Shown here piece by piece: positions 7,705 through 14,444 of a stretch of DNA of 19,409 nt; positions within the stretch are counted from its first letter, which is position 1, and each line of letters opens with the position of its first letter. The notes beneath the pieces were generated by a model, which had not been told where the DNA came from, searched no databases, and saw only the letters and a list, made by a program, of their open reading frames with translations. This stretch comes from Verrucomicrobiota bacterium (lineage in GTDB: Bacteria > Verrucomicrobiota > Verrucomicrobiia > Verrucomicrobiales > DEV007), in the NCBI GenBank assembly GCA_045046875.1, contig JASFYY010000105.1, forward strand, positions 1 to 19,409, in the 5' to 3' direction. Position numbers and translations under genes: made by a program.

Positions 7705-10700
7705 ATGTCAACAAACGAACAATTATCTCCTGAGCCCGCCGAAAAATTAATGGTGGTGAACCGTGGCGAAATCGCCATCCGGGTATTTCGTGCAGCCACG
7801 GAACTAGGCCTGCGCACCGTTGCCATCTACGCAGAGGAAGACCGTTTTTCTCCTCACCGCTTCAAAGCGGATGAAGCTTATCTGCTACGCAAGGAAAAGG
7901 GACCCGTCGGAGCCTACCTGGATATTGAGGGCATTATTTGGATTGCCAAAGAACATGGAGTGACCTTGATCCACCCGGGTTATGGTTTTCTATCCGAAAA
8001 TCCAGATTTTTCCCGCGCCTGCCGTGAGGCTGGGATCACTTTTATCGGACCTGATCCTGAAAAACTCGATGGCATGGGGGACAAGGTCGCAGCGAGGGCT
8101 TTGGCCAAAAAAGCAAACGTGCCCACCCTGCCTGGCACCGAAGATTCCATATCCGATCCGGCCGAAGCGCTCAAAGCAGCTCGGAAGATCGGTTTCCCGC
8201 TGATTATCAAAGCGGCATTCGGCGGTGGTGGTCGCGGCATGAGGGTGGTCGAGAGAGAAGAGGATCTCGAGGCGAAGCTGGGTGAAGCACGCAGCGAAGC
8301 TGAAAACGCCTTTGGCAATGCAGCTGTTTTTTTGGAGCGTTATGTCAAACACGCCAAACATCTGGAAGTTCAAATCCTGGGTGACAATCATGGCAATATC
8401 GTGCATTTGCACGAGCGGGATTGTTCGGTGCAACGCCGTCACCAGAAAGTGGTAGAGATCGCACCCTCGGTTGGATTAGACGACGGGGTGCGCGAGCAAC
8501 TTTGTGAAGCAGCCGTGCGCATCGCTAAAACGATCTCTTACAATAATGCGGGCACGGTTGAGTTTCTCTACGACATCGATACTAAGGACTGGTTTTTCAT
8601 CGAAATGAATCCACGTATCCAGGTGGAGCACACGGTGACTGAAGTGATCACCGGGGTCGATTTGGTTCGTTCCCAGATCCTGATTGCCGAAGGGCATGAG
8701 TTGCATGGGGAGAAAATCGACATTCCCGCGCAGGATGAGATCCCGCGCAACGGTTACGCGGTGCAGTGCCGGATCACCACGGAAGATCCTGCCAATCATT
8801 TCTCCCCTGATTACGGCAAAATTTTAAACTACCGCTCGGCGGCGGGTTTCGGAATACGGCTTGATGCGGGCGCCGGGGATGCCGGTGCCGTGATCACCCC
8901 TTATTACGATTCCATGCTGGTGAAGCTGACAGCTTCGGGTCATCGTTTTGACATTGCTTTGCAGCGTATGGATCGCGCGTTACGTGAGTTCCGGATCCGG
9001 GGAGTGAAAACCAACATTCCCTTTCTTGAAAATGTCATTCTGGATCCGATTTTCCGGGCAGGCAAGGCGAACACCACCCTGATCGATTCTAATAAAGCTC
9101 TTTTTGAATTCAAACCGCGTAAGGACCGGGCGACCAAAATTCTGTCTTATCTCAGTGATATCACGGTGAACGGGAATACTATCGCCAAAGGCTACCGTTT
9201 GCCAGAACCTTTACCAGCAGCGCGATTACCTGACTTTGATATCCGGGCGGACATCCCCAAAGGCTCCCGCGACCGTTTATTAGAACTGGGGCCGGAAAAA
9301 TTTGCCCAATGGGTGCGCAATGAAAAAGCATTACTGATCACCGATACCACCATGCGCGATGCGCACCAATCGCTGTTCGCGACGCGTATGCGCTCGGTGG
9401 ACATGCTGAACGTGGCTTCTGCTGTAGCTCAACGAGCTCCTCAGTTATTCAGTTTGGAAATGTGGGGCGGAGCAACTTTTGACTCGGCGATGCGCTTTTT
9501 GAAAGAGTGTCCCTGGGAGCGGCTGCGTGAATTGCGCGAAAAAATACCCAACATTTGTTTCCAGATGTTATTCCGCGGATCAAATGCGGTGGGTTATTCC
9601 AATTATCCTGACAACGTAGTGGCGGGTTTTGTCAAACACGCTGCTGATTCAGGCATGGATATTTTTCGGATTTTCGACTCTCTCAACTACCTACCGAACA
9701 TGCAGGTGGCGATGGAGGCCGTCCGTGATCACGGCCAGGCGGTGTGTGAAGCAGCGATTTGTTACACCGGGGATATTACCGATCCCAAACGCGACAAATA
9801 CTCGCTGAAATATTACGTGGCCAAAGCAAAGGAGCTTGAGCAAATGGGCGCGCACATGCTGTGCATCAAAGACATGGCGGGTTTGTGCAAACCTTTTGCG
9901 GCGAAAAAGCTGGTCTCAACCCTGCGAGGTGAAATCGGAATCCCTATTCATTTTCACACCCACGACAGCTCAGGGATCAATTCATCGTCCGTAATTCAGG
10001 CCAGTGAGGCAGGTGTTGATGTCGTTGATCTCGCACTGGCGTCTATGTCGGGATCGACCAGCCAGCCTAACTTGAACTCGGTAGTAGCATCCGTCGCAGG
10101 TCAAGAACGCGACACCGGACTGGACCTGACGGCTTTGAACGATCTCTCCGACTATTGGGAACAGGTTCAGACATTTTACAAACCTTTTGATACCAGCCCT
10201 CGATCGGGGACGGCAGAAGTTTACCAACACGAAATGCCCGGCGGGCAATTCACCAACCTCAAAGAGCAGGCCAACGCCATGGGTTTGGGGCATCGCTGGG
10301 CTGAAATCTCGCGGACTTATGCCGGTGTGAACCAGTTGTTCGGAGACATCATCAAGGTTACACCTAGCTCCAAAGTCGTCGGCGATATGGCAATGTTTTT
10401 GATCACCCGGGGAATCACCCCACAGGAAGTTCTCGATATTGAACCTGGTTCGGTGGACTTCCCCGAATCGGTGATCGATATGCTGTGGGGAGGACTGGGA
10501 CAACCCGACGGCGGGTGGCCGGAGAATGTTCAGAAAATCGTTTTGGGCGATAAAAAACCAACCGACAAACGACCCGGAGAATTGGCCGAAGCGGTTGATA
10601 TTGAAAAAACAAAGCAGGACCTCAGTCAGAAAATCGGCAGACCCGCTAACGACAATGATTTATACAGCCACTTGATGTATCCCGGTGTGTATTCGGATTT

Positions 10701-11184
10701 TCAGGAATTTTTAACTAAATATGATCGTGTTTCCAGCGTTCCCACCACCGCATTCTTTTATGGACTGGCTGTTGGGGAGGAAATTTCTGTAGAAATTGAC
10801 CCTGGAAAAATACTGTTCATCAAGCTCATTGGACAGAGTGAAGCGGATAGCGAAGGACGGGTGAATGTGTTTTATGAACTCAATGGAACGCCTCGTGAGT
10901 CACAAGTGGTGGACTTGGCCTGTGTGCCCAAGGATTTGGTAAGTCGTGAGAAGGGCGATCCAAAGGACCCTCTCCAGATAGTGGCTCCGATCCCCGGCAT
11001 GGTCACCGTGATCAGTGCCAAACTCGGCAGCAAAGTTGAAGAAGGGGATCCGGTGCTTGCGATTGAAGCGATGAAAATGCTGACCACTATTTCTGCCAAT
11101 CAGGCAGGAACCGTGTCTGAAGTCCTGGCCGTAGAAGGCAGCACGGTGGAAGCCGGCGACCTGCTTGCCCGGATAGAAGCCTGA
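7705..11184 (+). CDS. pyc: Pyruvate carboxylase (single-chain BC-CT-BCCP)
   Basis: Biotin carboxylase motifs NRGEIAIR, HPGYGFLSEN, GGGGRGMR and EMNPRIQVEH. Carboxyltransferase motifs DTTMRDAHQS, IKDMAG, HFHTHD and HEMPGGQ. Biotinylation motif EAMKM. 1159 aa. Confidence 0.97.
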   Translation: MSTNEQLSPEPAEKLMVVNRGEIAIRVFRAATELGLRTVAIYAEEDRFSPHRFKADEAYLLRKEKGPVGAYLDIEGIIWIAKEHGVTLIHPGYGFLSENPDFSRACREAGITFIGPDPEKLDGMGDKVAARALAKKANVPTLPGTEDSISDPAEALKAARKIGFPLIIKAAFGGGGRGMRVVEREEDLEAKLGEARSEAENAFGNAAVFLERYVKHAKHLEVQILGDNHGNIVHLHERDCSVQRRHQKVVEIAPSVGLDDGVREQLCEAAVRIAKTISYNNAGTVEFLYDIDTKDWFFIEMNPRIQVEHTVTEVITGVDLVRSQILIAEGHELHGEKIDIPAQDEIPRNGYAVQCRITTEDPANHFSPDYGKILNYRSAAGFGIRLDAGAGDAGAVITPYYDSMLVKLTASGHRFDIALQRMDRALREFRIRGVKTNIPFLENVILDPIFRAGKANTTLIDSNKALFEFKPRKDRATKILSYLSDITVNGNTIAKGYRLPEPLPAARLPDFDIRADIPKGSRDRLLELGPEKFAQWVRNEKALLITDTTMRDAHQSLFATRMRSVDMLNVASAVAQRAPQLFSLEMWGGATFDSAMRFLKECPWERLRELREKIPNICFQMLFRGSNAVGYSNYPDNVVAGFVKHAADSGMDIFRIFDSLNYLPNMQVAMEAVRDHGQAVCEAAICYTGDITDPKRDKYSLKYYVAKAKELEQMGAHMLCIKDMAGLCKPFAAKKLVSTLRGEIGIPIHFHTHDSSGINSSSVIQASEAGVDVVDLALASMSGSTSQPNLNSVVASVAGQERDTGLDLTALNDLSDYWEQVQTFYKPFDTSPRSGTAEVYQHEMPGGQFTNLKEQANAMGLGHRWAEISRTYAGVNQLFGDIIKVTPSSKVVGDMAMFLITRGITPQEVLDIEPGSVDFPESVIDMLWGGLGQPDGGWPENVQKIVLGDKKPTDKRPGELAEAVDIEKTKQDLSQKIGRPANDNDLYSHLMYPGVYSDFQEFLTKYDRVSSVPTTAFFYGLAVGEEISVEIDPGKILFIKLIGQSEADSEGRVNVFYELNGTPRESQVVDLACVPKDLVSREKGDPKDPLQIVAPIPGMVTVISAKLGSKVEEGDPVLAIEAMKMLTTISANQAGTVSEVLAVEGSTVEAGDLLARIEA

Positions 11185-11607
11185 CCCGAATGGCACTGCA
11201 TTAAGTTTGCCTGACCACCATTTGGCTGTTTTTTTCACCGCGGATTTCGCGGATGCACGCGGATAATTTTAAAATGGAAATAAGATTGAAGTTGGAGCTT
11301 GCGCCCACAGGGAGCTTGTAAGCTTTGGCGGATTCTAATCCGCATGTGATAAATCAATTCTTATCCGCATTAATCTGCCTTCGAGTAATAATCTCCGGCT
11401 GTCTCCTTTTGGTCGGCTGCGAAATCCGCGGTTAATCTCTTTGTATTTTAGGCACTCAACCGATACTAGAAGTGCAAAATGCGTTCAGACAAGATGGGCG
11501 CATTAAGCGGATTCATCGTAAGCCCCTCCTCTCTTTTATCTGCAGAACTCCTATTCCAGTAAACTTTTCAGGTCGCCGAATGACCTTAATGCAGTGCCAT
11601 TCAAGTC
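11183..11607. repeat. Intergenic element bounded by perfect 18-bp inverted repeats (MITE/REP-like or paired recombination sites)
   Basis: GAATGGCACTGCATTAAG at 11188-11205 and its exact reverse complement CTTAATGCAGTGCCATTC at 11585-11602. The match extends to 23 bp with 2 mismatches (11183-11205 / 11585-11607). Confidence 0.8.
11237..11432. repeat. Inner GCGGAT-unit inverted repeat (REP-like)
   Basis: ACCGCGGATTTCGC (11237-11250) pairs perfectly with GCGAAATCCGCGGT (11419-11432). The left arm has three tandem GCGGAT units. TTATCCGC (11361-11368) complements GCGGATAA (11259-11266). There is a central GCGGATT-ct-AATCCGC palindrome (11328-11343). Confidence 0.75.
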
Positions 11608-11613
11608 CTGACC

Positions 11614-13236
11614 CTAAGAGTTTTGCGAACTCTTCAGCGCATCCTCTTCCGCTCTGTCACGTAAACGGGCAACGGTGTAGTCCGGATCATCGGGCAGCAT
11701 CTCTATCTGAACCAAACTGCCCGCACGCTCCAGCATGTGGCGGCAGTCCGGAGAAATATGACGCAGGCGTAAATTTTTGCCAGCATTGCGATAACGCTCC
11801 CCGAGAGCATTGATCGCTTCAAGTGCAGACAAATCACAGACCCGCGCATGGGCCAGGTCGAGCACGATGTTTTTCACATCTGACTTCGCTTGGAACCGGT
11901 CGGAAAATTCTCTCACCGATCCAAAATAAAGCAGTCCGTCCAGCGCATACACCCGTTCCTCCGGAGTGTCTTTGATCACCGACACATACACATGGCGCGA
12001 GCTTTCCCAGGCAAAGCGCAAGGTCGATAGCAAAACACCCACAAACACCGCGAGAGCCAGATCATGCATAACCACCGTGACCAATGTCACCGCAAGGATG
12101 ACTACGATTTCACTCGCTGGAACGCGGCCAAAGGTCTTGAAAGTGGACCACTCGAAAGTGCCGATCACCACCATAAACATCACCCCCACCAGAGCTGCGA
12201 TGGGAATTTGCACAATGACCGGCCCCGCGAACATGATAAAAATTGCCAACGACAATGCCGCGACAATTCCCGAAGTGCGGCCCCGGCCACCTGATTTGAT
12301 ATTGATCAGCGACTGACCAATCATCGCACAGCCTCCCATGCCCCCAAAAAGTCCGCTGAGGAAATTAGCGCCGCCCTGAGCCAGACACTCACGATTGCCC
12401 TTGCCGCGTGTTTCGGTCAATTCGTCGATCAATTGCAGCGTCATCAGAGACTCGATGATGCCCACCATGGCGATAGTAAAACCCACCTTGAGAATAAACT
12501 GCCAGTGCGCAGCAAAATCCACATCGGAAGGCCACGACGGCACGGGGAAAGCTCCACTCAAAGTGCCTGCTCCGGTATTTTCCCGCAAAATATCGGCAAT
12601 CGAGCGCGAGTCCGGCATAACCAGACTGATCAACCCCACCACCACAATCGCCACCAGGGTCGAAGGCAGTGCTTTGCTCAGCTTGGGGAAAAAATGAATG
12701 ATCGCCATCGTGATAAGCACCAAACCCAGCATGGTTCCCATCTCGTTCCCGGCAATCCATTCCATCAGCTTAGATCCACTTGCGTCTTCTCCGGTGACTT
12801 TTTTGAAAAATCCCAACTGCCCCATACCAATGACAATAGCCAGCCCATTGACAAAACCGATCATCACCGGATGTGGCACCAGACGAATAAAACGCCCCAA
12901 TTTGCACAAGCCAAAAATGATCTGAATCACCCCGGCCACCATGATGACCGCAAAAATATACTGCGCCCCCAGTCCCCCATGCGCTTCACCAAATTCAAAA
13001 GCTTTGCCCGCCACCACGGCAATGGCTCCGGTTGCTCCCGAGATCATGCCCGGACGCCCACCAAAGGCTGAAGTGATAAACCCCATGAACACCGCCGCCC
13101 ACAGTCCCACCAACGGATTGACGCCCGCTATGAAAGAAAAGGCAATCGCCTCGGGCACCAATGCCAATGCCACCGTAATACCAGACAAACTGTCATCTTT
13201 AAGATTGCCGCGTTTTTTCTGAAATAAATCAAACAT
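11614..13236 (-). CDS. SulP/SLC26 family anion transporter with C-terminal STAS domain (YbaR/SLC26Dg-like subgroup)
   Basis: SGITVALALVPEAIAF..IAGV.P.VGL, FGGRPGMISGATGA, ESLMT, GGMGGCAMIGQS..N...GG. Many transmembrane segments. STAS motifs DGLLYFGS and DLSALEAI. Confidence 0.93.
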   Translation of the reverse strand: MFDLFQKKRGNLKDDSLSGITVALALVPEAIAFSFIAGVNPLVGLWAAVFMGFITSAFGGRPGMISGATGAIAVVAGKAFEFGEAHGGLGAQYIFAVIMVAGVIQIIFGLCKLGRFIRLVPHPVMIGFVNGLAIVIGMGQLGFFKKVTGEDASGSKLMEWIAGNEMGTMLGLVLITMAIIHFFPKLSKALPSTLVAIVVVGLISLVMPDSRSIADILRENTGAGTLSGAFPVPSWPSDVDFAAHWQFILKVGFTIAMVGIIESLMTLQLIDELTETRGKGNRECLAQGGANFLSGLFGGMGGCAMIGQSLINIKSGGRGRTSGIVAALSLAIFIMFAGPVIVQIPIAALVGVMFMVVIGTFEWSTFKTFGRVPASEIVVILAVTLVTVVMHDLALAVFVGVLLSTLRFAWESSRHVYVSVIKDTPEERVYALDGLLYFGSVREFSDRFQAKSDVKNIVLDLAHARVCDLSALEAINALGERYRNAGKNLRLRHISPDCRHMLERAGSLVQIEMLPDDPDYTVARLRDRAEEDALKSSQNS

Positions 13237-13241
13237 AATAT

Positions 13242-13448
13242 ATGATGGATGCAGCCCGAAGGCCTTTAAAGATTACCTATCGAATCGCCCAACGCTCACC
13301 AAGCTCACGTGACCTCACCGAGGCAAAACAGCCATCATCAATGAAGCCAGATCAGACGAAGCCTGATCTATCGGCGGATTCACCCCCCTCGACTCCGTTT
13401 TAACGGATTCAACATTCAGCAGTTTTTTCGACTGCTCCCTTTAAGGGA
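13242..13448 (-). promoter_or_regulatory. Structured 5' leader of the SulP gene (candidate cis-regulatory RNA)
   Basis: Series of hairpins whose G-U pairs only form on the minus (sense) strand, including a C(UUCG)G tetraloop (13253-13264) and a long-range stem ending 5 nt before the ATG. Confidence 0.4.
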
Positions 13449-13603
13449 AAAGCCCTCTGCTTGCAATCGCGAAGTCCTCTCTAGGTGAATTCTTTTTCGC
13501 AAATAAACGGATCACAGCAGGTATAACCCCCACAACCCTCTCTGCTATTAGCTTCCCAGGCAAAGCAAATGACAATAAATAGCTGGATTTTTTCTCCACA
13601 CGA

Positions 13604-14242
13604 ATGATTGTATCGTTAATGTGGAATGTAGATTCATCTCTGGAGGAAGGTTCAAATAAAGTACCTCGCACGGTTTTTATCGTGCTTTTACTTTTATTGA
13701 CTTTGTTTTACCGGCTTTTTGCTTCTCAAATTGATTGGCTGGGAAATACCTCCCCTTTAATGGCGATTGCCTTCGGTGGAGGAATGATACTGGGGAGACG
13801 TTTTTGGTGGCTGCCGGCCTTATTGCTGATTTCCAGTGACATCAGCCTGGCCCTGTTCAACGGTTGGGGCTTGGGCGGACACTTATTATACACTTTGCCC
13901 TTTTACGTGCTGGTATCCTTTGCCGGTGCGTCCTTAGCCAAAAAGCAGCAGTGGCCACTTATGTTGATGGGAACTTTGTCAGCCAGCGTCCTTTTCTACT
14001 TGATGGCAAATACGGTTGCCTGGGTATCCTCCCCCCTTTACGCACACAACTTTGCCGGCTGGCTTCAGAGTCAAACCAGTGGTTTGCCCGGTTACCCTCC
14101 TGCCTGGTCATTTCTGCGTAATGCGCTACTGGCGGATCTTATTTGGTGTTTGATCGCGGCTCCCTTGTTTTTCTCAAGGACCTTGATGCTGCCGGCTCAA
14201 AATGCAGTGAATATCAAACGCGAACAGATGCTTTTTTCCTAA
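13604..14242 (+). CDS. DUF6580 family putative membrane transport protein (S-component-like, probably B12-related)
   Basis: About 6 hydrophobic segments. Motifs R.F..., NTSPLMAIAFGGG, LP.LLLISSDI, ASVLFYLMANTVAW..SPLY....AGW......GLP and FLRNALLADL fit the DUF6580 pattern as I recall it. Adjacent to btuB and metH. The start could be ATG 13619. Confidence 0.75.
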   Translation: MIVSLMWNVDSSLEEGSNKVPRTVFIVLLLLLTLFYRLFASQIDWLGNTSPLMAIAFGGGMILGRRFWWLPALLLISSDISLALFNGWGLGGHLLYTLPFYVLVSFAGASLAKKQQWPLMLMGTLSASVLFYLMANTVAWVSSPLYAHNFAGWLQSQTSGLPGYPPAWSFLRNALLADLIWCLIAAPLFFSRTLMLPAQNAVNIKREQMLFS

Positions 14243-14444
14243 CAAGCAGCAAAACCTGGCCATTTGCCAAGCTCATCGCAGCTCAAACCGACACTCGGGG
14301 CCGCCATTACCCTTTCAAGCATGGTGCCACGAGCTTCAACCGTGACATAGAATTTACACGCCTTTTTTTAAAAAAAAGGGCTTGGAAGTGTACGGAAATG
14401 CATTATATCAACGAATCACAATTAATTGATATGTATAAATTACC

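Noticed and set aside
11185..11613. CRISPR array or autonomous IS
   Set aside because: The repeats are inverted, not regularly spaced direct repeats. There are no spacers, cas genes or transposase ORF.
11472..11813. 113-aa plus-strand ORF as cargo of the inverted-repeat element
   Set aside because: It crosses the right repeat arm, overlaps sulP antisense by 200 nt, starts at GTG without an RBS and has no recognisable protein motif.
1166..13222. Numerous 60-230 aa antisense or alternate-frame ORFs inside DUF1501, PSCyt, iclR, pyc and sulP (e.g. 5786-6478, 4729-5307, 12433-13071)
   Set aside because: They are shadow ORFs overlapping well-supported genes and have no recognisable motifs.
13300..13400. 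Fluoride (crcB) riboswitch in the sulP leader
   Set aside because: The GATG..GTTC..CC / CCGC / CTRATGAC.CCT pattern could not be matched on the sense strand.
13443..13540. Cobalamin riboswitch upstream of DUF6580 (AAGGGAA at 13443, GGTGAAT, CCCCCACAAC)
   Set aside because: The fragments are spaced too far apart and the GCCACTG/GGGAAG/B12-box elements are absent. AAGGGA is explained by a local TCCCTT-t-AAGGGA palindrome. A cmscan would settle it.
13441..13671. 76-aa minus-strand ORF between sulP and DUF6580
   Set aside because: It overlaps the DUF6580 start and the divergent promoter region, with no RBS or motif support.
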